Part shown: positions 9,515 through 18,608 of the stretch, one piece after another
How the letters are laid out: each line of letters starts with the position of its first letter
Numbering within the stretch: position 1 is the first letter of the stretch
Origin: Nitrososphaerota archaeon
GTDB taxonomy: Archaea; Thermoproteota; Nitrososphaeria_A; Caldarchaeales; Calditenuaceae
Direction: 5' to 3'
Assembly (NCBI GenBank): GCA_041641295.1
Contig: JBEPYO010000001.1
Span: 1,216,001 to 1,280,000 of the forward strand
Length of the DNA stretch: 64,000 nucleotides
Program-made: the position numbers and the translations under genes
Notes under the pieces: generated by a model
Seen by the model: the letters and a program-made list of their open reading frames with translations, nothing else
Told to the model about the DNA's origin: nothing
The model's database searches: none

Positions 9515-10981
9515 GTGTGTGCAAAGTATTCCCTGGGCTCTGAGTTTAAGTTTGGTTTCTCTACGGTCGGTGTACAGCACGAGATGGGTGTCGCTGGCTC
9601 GGAGTTCAGCTCTGACTGGGTTGCCTGGCTTCATGATCCGGAGAACATTCTGGCTGGGATTGTGAGCGGTGACATGCCGGAGGATGGGCCGGGTTACTGG
9701 GGGCTCTTCAGGGAGGATCATGAGAGGGCGCGGCGGATTGGCATGGACGCGGCTTGGATAACGATTGAGTGGGCGAGAATATTCCCAAGGCCGACCTTTG
9801 ATGTGAAGGTCCCCGTAGAGAGAAGTGGTGGAGTCATAACCCGGGCCCTAGTTGAGAGGAGGCATCTGGAGGAGCTCGAGAAGCTGGCTGACATGCAGGC
9901 GCTAAACCACTACAGGGAGATACTCTCCGACTGGAGGAGTAGAGGCGGCCTCGCGGTCGCAAACCTCTTCCACTGGTCGCTGCCGCTCTGGCTCCACGAC
10001 CCCCTCAAAGTGAGGAAGCTTGGACCTGACCGGGCGCCGTCAGGCTGGGCTGATGAGAGGTGCGTAATAGAGTTCGCCAAGCTCTCAGCATTCCTAGCCC
10101 ACCACCTAGACGACGTAGTAGACATGTGGTATACGATGAACGAGCCGCTTGTCATCGCAAACGCGGGCTACCTACAAGTAAACTCTGGATTCCCGCCCGG
10201 ATACCTCGACCTCCAGACCTACATGACTGTCATCAAAAACCTCGAGATGGCTCATACAGTCGCCTATGATGCTGTAAAGAGCTACTCTAGGAAGCCTGTC
10301 GGAGTGGTGGAGTCGGTGGCCCACTGGACGCCCCTTACAAGGGAAGACCAGGCCGCGGCGGATAGAGGCTTCGAGTTTAACGTTGCGATATATGATGCCG
10401 CTGTGAAGGGGCTTGTGGGTGGGGAGGTTGTTGACGAGGCTCGAAATAGGCTTGACTGGATAGGTCTCAACTACTACTCGAGAATGGTTGTTAAGGCTGA
10501 GAGTGCGCTGCCAAGCGGGTTTAGGGTTGTTGGCGGCTATGGCTACGGCTGCCAGCCTAGAGCCTACTCGCTGGATGGGAGGCCGACTAGTGATTTCGGC
10601 TGGGAGGTCTACCCGGAGGGCCTCTACCACGTGGCCAAAAGGCTCTACGACCGGTATCGATTGCCAATCTACGTGACAGAGAATGGGTGTGCAGACTCCG
10701 AAGACCGTCTAAGACCAAGGTTCATTGTCTCACACCTATATCAGATATACCTCGCCAAGAAAGAGGGCGTGGATATACGGGGTTACTTTCACTGGAACCT
10801 CACTGACAACTTGGAGTGGGCGAAAGGGTACAGCATGAGGTTCGGCCTCTTCGAGGTCGACATGTCTTCGAAGAAGAGATTCGCTAGGCCTAGCGCCTTG
10901 GTCTTCAGGGAAGTTGCCACGTCTAAGGCTATACCTGAAGAGTTTGAGAACATGGCTCAGCCCCCCATCGAGAAGAAATAG
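9515..10981 (+). CDS. Glycoside hydrolase family 1 beta-glycosidase (LacS/BgaS type)
   Basis: IEWARIFP, HWSLPLW, TMNEP (acid/base), VTENG (nucleophile), DNLEWAKG. Confidence 0.95.
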   Translation: MCAKYSLGSEFKFGFSTVGVQHEMGVAGSEFSSDWVAWLHDPENILAGIVSGDMPEDGPGYWGLFREDHERARRIGMDAAWITIEWARIFPRPTFDVKVPVERSGGVITRALVERRHLEELEKLADMQALNHYREILSDWRSRGGLAVANLFHWSLPLWLHDPLKVRKLGPDRAPSGWADERCVIEFAKLSAFLAHHLDDVVDMWYTMNEPLVIANAGYLQVNSGFPPGYLDLQTYMTVIKNLEMAHTVAYDAVKSYSRKPVGVVESVAHWTPLTREDQAAADRGFEFNVAIYDAAVKGLVGGEVVDEARNRLDWIGLNYYSRMVVKAESALPSGFRVVGGYGYGCQPRAYSLDGRPTSDFGWEVYPEGLYHVAKRLYDRYRLPIYVTENGCADSEDRLRPRFIVSHLYQIYLAKKEGVDIRGYFHWNLTDNLEWAKGYSMRFGLFEVDMSSKKRFARPSALVFREVATSKAIPEEFENMAQPPIEKK

Positions 10982-11016
10982 ACGCATCACCCGGTCATTG
11001 CTTGTTAGACTTTTAT

Positions 11017-11343
11017 CTAGGGCTGTTCGCTGGTCCACTCACTCATCAGCCTGTCGTACCAAGAGTCTTCTTCCTCGATCTCCTCGTATAGCTTCTCTCT
11101 CCGCGCGATCTCTAGGGCGTCTAGGTGGTAGCACCTAGGCTTCTGCTTGTGTAGGACCCTGAAATAGAAGTCATCACAGCTGCAGTATGGTGCCTCTGGG
11201 AGGAGGAGATAGTCCCTCTCCCTCCCGACCACCACCCACCTAACCCTCCCGCTAGGCTTGAAGACGTACCGCTTGACCCTCCCACTCTCAGCCAATACGC
11301 GCGGAGCCTCTATGCTACTACCAGAGCTCTCCCGATCTGACAT
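11017..11343 (-). CDS. SWIM zinc-finger protein
   Basis: YCSCDDFYFR...PRCYH; ATG at 11343 preferred over the upstream start at 11376. Confidence 0.8.
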   Translation of the reverse strand: MSDRESSGSSIEAPRVLAESGRVKRYVFKPSGRVRWVVVGRERDYLLLPEAPYCSCDDFYFRVLHKQKPRCYHLDALEIARREKLYEEIEEEDSWYDRLMSEWTSEQP

Positions 11344-12127
11344 ACCAATCGACACTCCCGAGCCTCGCCCCATCAAGTGTCAGGACGCTCGCATCGTTAA
11401 GACTGAATATCTCACTTCTAAGCAGGGGACTAACACCCCTACCACCCCTTAGGAGCTGGGAGAGCTCCACACCTTGTAGAGCATTGTTAAAGTGAGGCAT
11501 GACAAGGAGGATAACCTGCCCTCTTCGCCTCGCTGTGGAGACCCCACCCATTTTACTAGCAATCGTCTTGAAGACCCTGCTCCTCGGCGCTTTCATCATC
11601 AGGAACACCTTCCGCCTCGAGCCCGGGCCCCTCGCCAAACTAATCACAGGATGTGTATGCCCTATTATTATGATCTTAGCATCGGCCGCTTGGGGCGGTG
11701 GCCAGCAGTGGCCGTGAAGCATCCACGCATCGCCGATCCTCACCCCGCGCCCCGAGACCACCTTAGCCATCCCTCCCGCAAGGCTCATTATGCCTGCATC
11801 ATGGTTTCCAGGCGTGATTATGACCTCCTCTACCCGCTCCTTAACGGCCTGTAATAGGTCCACCACCTGTCTAGACTCTCTCCAGCTCACTCCTGCCACC
11901 CTGTGCTTCACGTCTCCCAGAAGTATCAAGGTGTCAGGGCTATGGCTCTCCAAAAGTCTCAGAAGACGCTCCAGGATGTTGGGGAGCTGGTTGGGGAAGT
12001 GTATGCCATCACGCGCAAGCTCCACCTCATATCCGAGGTGAAGGTCAGAGACAATCAGATATTTACCTCCACCGCTCTCTAAAACTAGCGCCGCGTCATC
12101 TCCAGCGAAGTCCAGCCTCACCGCCAA
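11318..12127 (-). CDS. Calcineurin-like metallophosphoesterase (COG1407-like)
   Basis: SDLHLGYE, LGDVKH, PGNHD, LHGH, GHTHP. Confidence 0.9.
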   Translation of the reverse strand: MAVRLDFAGDDAALVLESGGGKYLIVSDLHLGYEVELARDGIHFPNQLPNILERLLRLLESHSPDTLILLGDVKHRVAGVSWRESRQVVDLLQAVKERVEEVIITPGNHDAGIMSLAGGMAKVVSGRGVRIGDAWMLHGHCWPPPQAADAKIIIIGHTHPVISLARGPGSRRKVFLMMKAPRSRVFKTIASKMGGVSTARRRGQVILLVMPHFNNALQGVELSQLLRGGRGVSPLLRSEIFSLNDASVLTLDGARLGSVDWYVRSGELW

Positions 12128-12157
12128 ATAGTTTGATACGCTGGGGATGGTTTATTT

Positions 12158-13288
12158 CTAGCGTTTCTGAAGCTCTGCAAGCCTCTCGGGCAGGAAGTCC
12201 TTCACTATGAACTCCAGCCCATATCTAGAGAAGGCCTCCAGCTCGGCCTTACGCTTAATCTTTCCGAAGAACTGGACCTCACGCCTCCACGGGTCCACAG
12301 TATACCGCGGGTCCTGCTCAAGCTCCTTGAGCCTCTTAAGGTCCTGCTCCGTCAGCCTCATCGCAGGCAGCCTATACTTCGTGATGTCTGTAGCATACAC
12401 TCCCGCCCAAATGGCGTCTGGGACGTTTATCTGCCTAATGTGTGCAGAAAGGGCTGACCCGTGGATGAGTACGCTGGCTATGTGGACACCGTAAGGGTCT
12501 GCGTCTGTAAATATGTATACTGGCAGATTCAGCTCCTCTCTGAGTCGTCTTATGAGTTTTCTACAGTTCCTGGGCGACTGTCCCGCCGTATGTATGAGGA
12601 GCGCCTTGAACTTCTTATCAGCCCTCTCCTCGACAAACCTGCTGAACACTGCGCCCTTCTCTATCACGAAGACCTGCTCCGCTCCGCATTTCACAAACTC
12701 GGCCGTCGTCAGTGCAGGTCCAATCGCGTAGCCGTCGGGGTGGGTGGAAAGGTCGACCCTCTGACCCCTAAACCCTGGTATCGTATACTCAATCACTAGG
12801 TCGCCGTATATTGAGGCCCTCTCTTCTGGGAAGATGTTCATGTCCTCTCTTGGATGGTTGATGAGGCTCTCCACCTCCATGATTATCTCGTCGCTCTCGT
12901 CTTGGGACTCGAAGTCTATCCCCTCACCTATCGCGACATAGTAGGTGTCTCTGAGGGTTGATGTCTTACCGCTTGTTAAGAGCTGTTTGGCGAATTTGGA
13001 CACCCAGATGAGCTGGGCGAATGGTCTCAGATGCCTGATGTTTGCCAAAGTCCTCTCAGCCTTCTTCGAGCCTAGGATGTATTGGCGGAGGCTGGGGTCG
13101 TAGACTATGTTCTTGGTGCTTCTCACAGGGAGGTAGAGGGTTGGCCAATCACCTCTGTTGAGGGTTTCCACGACCTCCTCTCCTATCTTCTTCAGCTTGG
13201 CTAAGACCGCTTTTTTCACTTCGTCCGACTTGTAGTGTTGCTCCACCCTCGCCCCAGTCTCAGCAGCCTCGCCACGCTTCTTGGGCAC
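12158..13288 (-). CDS. top6A: DNA topoisomerase VI subunit A (Spo11-like)
   Basis: STLRDTYY catalytic Tyr region, QDESD, IEKG, TOPRIM FTDADPYG, KAELEA. Confidence 0.95.
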   Translation of the reverse strand: MPKKRGEAAETGARVEQHYKSDEVKKAVLAKLKKIGEEVVETLNRGDWPTLYLPVRSTKNIVYDPSLRQYILGSKKAERTLANIRHLRPFAQLIWVSKFAKQLLTSGKTSTLRDTYYVAIGEGIDFESQDESDEIIMEVESLINHPREDMNIFPEERASIYGDLVIEYTIPGFRGQRVDLSTHPDGYAIGPALTTAEFVKCGAEQVFVIEKGAVFSRFVEERADKKFKALLIHTAGQSPRNCRKLIRRLREELNLPVYIFTDADPYGVHIASVLIHGSALSAHIRQINVPDAIWAGVYATDITKYRLPAMRLTEQDLKRLKELEQDPRYTVDPWRREVQFFGKIKRKAELEAFSRYGLEFIVKDFLPERLAELQKR

Positions 13289-13348
13289 GAGTATCTAATG
13301 TATGGGGCTCCTAATTAACAAAATTCAAGGAATAGCCATCCCATACTC

Positions 13349-14824
13349 TTATCTCAGATATGCGGCTAGCTGGAAAACGATCGAGAGGAAAGGCGAGGCA
13401 TAGACACCTATCAGGACGCATAGAGCAGCTAGGACTAGGAGGGGGGCAAGCATAGATGGCCCGGCCTCGTGTCCGGCTGAGGACTTCGGGGTCTCAGGCT
13501 TTAGGAAGAGTGTCTGGACAACCCTTAGATGGTACATTGCCCCTATGATGACGTTTATCAGCATTATCGCGCCTGGCACAAAGTGGCCTGCCGAGAAGGC
13601 GGCCAAAATAATGGCATACTCGCTTACGAAGGAGTTCAGCCCGGGGATGCCTGCGAGGCTGAAGGCCCCTATAGAATATGTTGCGGCTGAGAGTGGCATC
13701 TTTCTACCAACCCCAGATAGCTCGTCCAAGTTCCTCGTACCTGTCGACTCTATGAGGCAGCCGGCAGAGAGGAAGAGCAGGGCCTTAGCGAGCGCGTGAT
13801 TCAGCACATGCAGGAGTGCTCCAGCCAACGCCAGAGGAGTATTAATGCTAAGCGCAAGAACAATATAGCCTATGTTCGCTATGCTGCTGAAGGCTAGAAG
13901 CCGCTTAATATCGCTCTGCAGAGCGGCCATAAGATTGCCAATACTCATGGTTAACAGTGCCAGAGCCATAAGGCCGCTCCCCCACCCATACATCTCAGAG
14001 GGATACAGGAGAGTAAAAACGCGAACCATTGCGAAGACACCTGTCTTAATCACAACCCCTGACAGCATGGCGCTAATCGGGCTGGGTGCCGCCGGATGCG
14101 CGTCTGGAAGCCAGTAATGGAATGGAGACATGGCTATGTTGACTCCCAGCCCACCCACAATCAGGACAAGCGCCGCAATGTTCCAGAGCTCGGATCTCAC
14201 ACTCTGACTTGCCAAGATGCTTGACAGGCCGCTGAAGGTAAGCGTCCCAGTCAAACCGTATAGAAGGGAGAGGCCAAAGAGGATGGCCGCCGAACCCGTC
14301 GAACTCATTATCAAGTATTTCAGCGACGCCTCGACCGCCTCCCACTCTCTATAGTTGAAGGCTACTAGAAGGTATGAGGAGATGCTCATGACCTCCCAGA
14401 AGATGAAGAAGGTGACAAAGTCGCCTGAAAAGAAGACGCCAACCATGCCTAAAACCATGATCAGGAGAAGGGTGTAGAACTCCGCTATCCTCTGCTTGAC
14501 ATATCCGAGGGAGTATATCGCCGATAAGAGCCCAATGCCAAGGATTATCGACGTGAAATAGTACGTGAGGCCGTCCGCCATAATAATCGAACCCTGCATC
14601 TGGTTGAGCCCTGTCGCCAGTGTTCCGGAGCGTACTGCCCTGTTGAGGCTATCCCAGAGCGTGTAGGCCAAGACCAGTGATACGTATACACCTATTATCC
14701 GTGGGGCCTTCAACACCCTCGCCAACACCATCAATACTGGCGAGATCAGCACAGCAGCTAGCAACAGACTCAGGATAGGGATACTCACAATCCCCGGGAT
14801 CAGTTCAGCCATGCTTGACACCAC
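13349..14824 (-). CDS. Proton-conducting membrane transporter (MrpD/MbhH/NuoN family)
   Basis: Many TM segments; FIFWEVMS, EASLKY, PFHYWLPDAHPAAPSPISAMLSG, DIKRLLAFSS, NHALAKA. Confidence 0.9.
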   Translation of the reverse strand: MVSSMAELIPGIVSIPILSLLLAAVLISPVLMVLARVLKAPRIIGVYVSLVLAYTLWDSLNRAVRSGTLATGLNQMQGSIIMADGLTYYFTSIILGIGLLSAIYSLGYVKQRIAEFYTLLLIMVLGMVGVFFSGDFVTFFIFWEVMSISSYLLVAFNYREWEAVEASLKYLIMSSTGSAAILFGLSLLYGLTGTLTFSGLSSILASQSVRSELWNIAALVLIVGGLGVNIAMSPFHYWLPDAHPAAPSPISAMLSGVVIKTGVFAMVRVFTLLYPSEMYGWGSGLMALALLTMSIGNLMAALQSDIKRLLAFSSIANIGYIVLALSINTPLALAGALLHVLNHALAKALLFLSAGCLIESTGTRNLDELSGVGRKMPLSAATYSIGAFSLAGIPGLNSFVSEYAIILAAFSAGHFVPGAIMLINVIIGAMYHLRVVQTLFLKPETPKSSAGHEAGPSMLAPLLVLAALCVLIGVYASPFLSIVFQLAAYLR

Positions 14825-14859
14825 TCATTTAGAACTGAAATTTATGGTTACCATACCTC

Positions 14860-15660
14860 TTAGGCCGACCTAGAGAAGAAGTCCATTCTACCTCCATCCA
14901 CCGAAATTACTTGGCCGGTGATGAATCCCGCCCTGTCAGAGGCCAAGAAGGCGACTACCTCGGCTATATCTTCGGGCTCACCTACCCTCCTCAAAGAGGT
15001 TATCGATTCCAGGTGCCTGATGGCAGCCTGCAGCTCTTCTGCAGGCCTATTCATCGTCATATCGGTCTTCGTGAAGCCTGGCGCTACGGCGTTCACCGTT
15101 ATCCCATACTCCCCAAGCTCGAATGCAAGCCTCTTGGTCAGAGTTATTATCGCCCCCTTAGTCATGGCGTAGTAGGTCGTGTTCCGCGAAGTTGTTCCCA
15201 AGGCCGATATCGAGGCTATATTGATGATTCTGCCATACCGCTGCCTCATCATGTGCTTGAGGCTCGCGGCTATACAATAGATGACCCCTTTGACATTTAC
15301 TTCGATCATCCTGTCAAGTATGCTAATGTCATCAAGCACTCCGCCTCGGATGAGGATTCCGGCGTTATTGACGAGTATGTCCAGCCTCCCGAAGGTCTCA
15401 ATAGTCTTCTCGACCATCGCCTCAACCTCCTCTTTCGACGAGACATCCGCCTTAACCGCTATCGCCTCTCCCCCACTCTCCACAATCCTAGAAACAACTC
15501 TATTTGCTGCTTCCACGCTCCTGCTATAGTTACAGACAACCTTAGCACCGCTAAGGCCAAGTTTAGTCGCAATCGCGGCACCTATCCCCCGCGAAGCACC
15601 AGTCACAAGGGCCACACGACCCTTCAGAGAATCGGAGGTCATCAGAACACCCGTAAACAC
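14860..15660 (-). CDS. Short-chain dehydrogenase/reductase (FabG-like)
   Basis: TGASRGIG, NNAG, YAMTK, VNAVAPG, VDGG. Confidence 0.92.
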   Translation of the reverse strand: MFTGVLMTSDSLKGRVALVTGASRGIGAAIATKLGLSGAKVVCNYSRSVEAANRVVSRIVESGGEAIAVKADVSSKEEVEAMVEKTIETFGRLDILVNNAGILIRGGVLDDISILDRMIEVNVKGVIYCIAASLKHMMRQRYGRIINIASISALGTTSRNTTYYAMTKGAIITLTKRLAFELGEYGITVNAVAPGFTKTDMTMNRPAEELQAAIRHLESITSLRRVGEPEDIAEVVAFLASDRAGFITGQVISVDGGRMDFFSRSA

Positions 15661-15712
15661 TCCACGATTTATGTAATACGTATTTGTCTAAGCCCTCCAT
15701 CTATTTTATCAT

Positions 15713-16261
15713 ATGCGGTTCGGAATAGTGACTGCTATCATAACGCTCTCTGCCTATGCTGTGCTGGGTTTGGCACTCGCTCCTACCGGAGGTAGGGAGG
15801 GGTTTGCCTTAGTCCCGAGGGATGTGGCTTTATCCTTCCCCCACATCATAGCCGTAATCAATCTGGCTACGGTGGTTCTTCTCCAGCTGGGATATCGAAG
15901 CATCCGGGGTAGGAGGATATACAGGCACGCAGCCTTCATGGGCGCCTCCTTCACACTTATCGTCGCCTTCCTAGTCCTATACGTCTTGAAGGTCGCCACT
16001 CTTGGCCCCGAGGCCTACAAGGGCCCAGACATTCTACGAAACCTAGTATACCTACCCGCCCTAACAATACATCTAGCACTCTCCATGGTCTCTGTCCCAC
16101 TCGTAGTCTACAACGCCCTGACTGGACTCTGGCTCAGGACGCGGGCCGGGGTTTCGTATCACCGGCGTATAGGGCGAATAGCCTACCCTGCATGGACAGT
16201 CAGCCTAGCCCTCGGCCTACTCGTCTATGCTATGCTTCGGCTCCCAATTGCTGGGGGCTAG
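15713..16261 (+). CDS. DUF420 (YozB/CtaM-like) membrane protein
   Basis: H...M motif (RHAAFM), FLVLY, YKGP, IHLALS, HRRIGR, W..SL.LG..VY.ML. Confidence 0.8.
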   Translation: MRFGIVTAIITLSAYAVLGLALAPTGGREGFALVPRDVALSFPHIIAVINLATVVLLQLGYRSIRGRRIYRHAAFMGASFTLIVAFLVLYVLKVATLGPEAYKGPDILRNLVYLPALTIHLALSMVSVPLVVYNALTGLWLRTRAGVSYHRRIGRIAYPAWTVSLALGLLVYAMLRLPIAGG

Positions 16262-17259
16262 GTTACGGATATGTCTCCACGCATTATCTCGGTGGCCCTG
16301 TGACAGGCTACAAAGTGCCCCGGCATATACTCGATTAGCGCAGGTTTCTCAGTTCTGCACCTCTCAATAGCCACTGGGCATCGTGTGTGGAATTTGCAGC
16401 CGCTGGGCGGGTTCAAGGGGCTGGGCGGCTCGCCCTTAATTACCGGCCTCTTTCTCCGCCTGTTGGCCGGGTCAGGCTCAGGTACACTGTTCAGGAGCAG
16501 GATGGTGTAGGGGTGGATGGGCGTCTTCAGGACGCTCGTAGTCAAGCCTGTCTCAGCTATCTCACCGAGATACATGACGGCAATCCTCTCGGAGACATAC
16601 CTAGCTGTAGCGATGTCGTGTGTGATGTAAAGTACGCCCATCTCCCTTTTGTCCCTTATACTCTTCAAGAGTAGGAGAATCTCAGCCCTGCTGGATGCGT
16701 CAATCATCGAGACCGGCTCGTCTGCGACGATATACTCTGGGCCGAGGACAAGGGCCCTAGCTATGTTGACTCGCTGCCTCTGCCCGCCGCTAAGCTCGTG
16801 TGGATACCTGTTAACAAATTCCTCAGGCGGGACCAGCTTAACATCCTCCAGAGCCCTATAGACCGCCTCCCTAATCTCCTCCCTACGATACCCATGTATC
16901 TCCAGCGGCTCCGAGACTATATCGCCGATCCTCATAAACGGATTGAGGCTGGAGTATGGGTCCTGAAAGATTATCTGCATCTTCTTCCTAAAACTCTTCT
17001 CCCGAAGCTCCTCCTCCGTCATTCTCGAGATGTCTTGGCCCTTGAAGAACACCCTACCATCCGTCACGTCCAAAAGCCGGAGAGAGACCCTCCCGAGCGT
17101 AGATTTTCCACACCCCGACTCCCCCACAACCGCCACTGTCTCCTTCTTCCTAATTGAGAGTGTCACACCATCCAAGGCCTTTAGAATCTTTGAGCCAATA
17201 AGGCCCGACCTAACCTCGTAGTATTTTTTGACACCCTCGAGACGTATTACCTCCTCCAC
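16258..17259 (-). CDS. oppF: Oligopeptide/dipeptide ABC transporter ATPase (OppF/DppF)
   Basis: GESGCGKS, FQDPYSSLNP, LSGGQRQR, DEP, C-terminal GCKFHTRCP. Confidence 0.92.
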   Translation of the reverse strand: MEEVIRLEGVKKYYEVRSGLIGSKILKALDGVTLSIRKKETVAVVGESGCGKSTLGRVSLRLLDVTDGRVFFKGQDISRMTEEELREKSFRKKMQIIFQDPYSSLNPFMRIGDIVSEPLEIHGYRREEIREAVYRALEDVKLVPPEEFVNRYPHELSGGQRQRVNIARALVLGPEYIVADEPVSMIDASSRAEILLLLKSIRDKREMGVLYITHDIATARYVSERIAVMYLGEIAETGLTTSVLKTPIHPYTILLLNSVPEPDPANRRRKRPVIKGEPPSPLNPPSGCKFHTRCPVAIERCRTEKPALIEYMPGHFVACHRATEIMRGDISVT

Positions 17260-17262
17260 TCC

Positions 17263-18225
17263 TCACTCACCGTGAAGCCAACACCTAGCCACGTGCCCCT
17301 CACCTACCTTAAAGAGCGGCGGCTCCTCCCTCCTACACCTGTCGAATACATAGGGACAGCGGGGATGGAACCTGCATCCGGGAGGCGGGGAAGTAAGGTC
17401 GGGTGGGCGGCCCGGAATGAACTCTGGTATTGTCTCGCCCCTGAGCCTCGGTATGCTCGCCAGCAGCTTCTCCGTGTAAGGGTGCTTGGGCGCCTCACCC
17501 AGCACTCTTTCAGCCGATCCCAGCTCAACAATCTGACCACCATACATAACCATGATCCTATCCGCAATGTCGCTAGCCAATGCAAGGTCGTGAGTGATGA
17601 ATATCACGCTTAGGCTGAATCTCTCGATAAGGTCTTTGACCAGATTTAATATCTGAGCTTGAATAGTCACGTCAAGTGCCGAAGTTGGCTCGTCAAGTAT
17701 AAGGATCCTAGGGTTCATGACAAGCGACATAGCGATGACAATTCTCTGCCTCATCCCACCACTCAGCTCATGTGGATACCTGTAGTAGAACTCGCGCGGA
17801 AGCCCCACAAGCTCAATCATCTCCATAGCCCTTCTCCGAGCCTCTTCCCTCGAGACTCCACCATTATATATCAGGGGCTCAGCAATCTGGTCACCTACTT
17901 TGAGGACAGGGTTCAGAGAGTTCATCGCCCCCTGGAAAACCATCGATATAACCCTCCAGCTATACCTCCTCCTGAAATCGGATAGGCTCAGGGACAGGGT
18001 CTCCTCACCGTTAATGTAGACTCGGCCTGAGACCACTGAGGCGTTTGCTGGAAGGGCCCTTATCAGCGTCAAGCCCAAGGTAGATTTACCGCTGCCCGAC
18101 TCACCCACAATAGCGAGACTCTCACCCCGCGCCAAGCTAAAAGACACGCCGTCCACAGCCCGTACAGCCCCCTTCTCCGTACGATAATAGACCTTCAGCT
18201 CCTCAACCACAAGTGCCTCACTCAT
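17263..18225 (-). CDS. oppD: Oligopeptide/dipeptide ABC transporter ATPase (OppD/DppD)
   Basis: [43 protein letters not shown]. Confidence 0.92.
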   Translation of the reverse strand: MSEALVVEELKVYYRTEKGAVRAVDGVSFSLARGESLAIVGESGSGKSTLGLTLIRALPANASVVSGRVYINGEETLSLSLSDFRRRYSWRVISMVFQGAMNSLNPVLKVGDQIAEPLIYNGGVSREEARRRAMEMIELVGLPREFYYRYPHELSGGMRQRIVIAMSLVMNPRILILDEPTSALDVTIQAQILNLVKDLIERFSLSVIFITHDLALASDIADRIMVMYGGQIVELGSAERVLGEAPKHPYTEKLLASIPRLRGETIPEFIPGRPPDLTSPPPGCRFHPRCPYVFDRCRREEPPLFKVGEGHVARCWLHGE

Positions 18226-18338
18226 CTATGCCCTGATCCTCCCCCTCACTCTCGGGTTAGTCACTGGCTCAAGCCCCGGCGAAATCATCACAAATGTAAG
18301 CAAAGCAATTATTAATCAATATCCTAGGCCGCAGTATT
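18226..18338 (-). pseudogene. Decayed 3' end of an OppC-type permease
   Basis: The minus strand reads ILRPRILI, then after a frameshift IIALLTFVMISPGLEPVTNPRVRGRIRA*. This matches the OppC C-terminal pattern ILPPG.LI....F..I..GLE...NPR, and its stop abuts the oppD ATG. Confidence 0.7.
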
Positions 18339-18339
18339 G

Positions 18340-18360
18340 TTGAAGACGGATAGTCTTCAA
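18340..18360. repeat. Perfect 8-bp inverted repeat TTGAAGAC-N5-GTCTTCAA
   Basis: Read directly; located where the oppC remnant breaks off. Confidence 0.75.
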
Positions 18361-18608
18361 ATAGTGTCAAGCGATTCGATTGGGCTCCAACTTTTTTATA
18401 AGAAATTTTTACGAAATGTCAACTCTCTTCTATAATTTTTGAGGGTTAGTATCGGATAACGCCTTAAATAGCCTTAGCCCCGAGCTATGCATCGTAGGGA
18501 TGGAAAGAGTTCATCCAATGTGTTCTCATCCGGAATCCAGACATTTTCAAGAGGTGTGAGAAAAACATTATAAAGGTGTGTTCGGGTGTATATGTCTCGA
18601 GAAGGGAA

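Noticed and set aside
14911-15795. 294-aa plus-strand ORF
   Set aside because: Antisense shadow of the SDR gene with no recognisable motifs.
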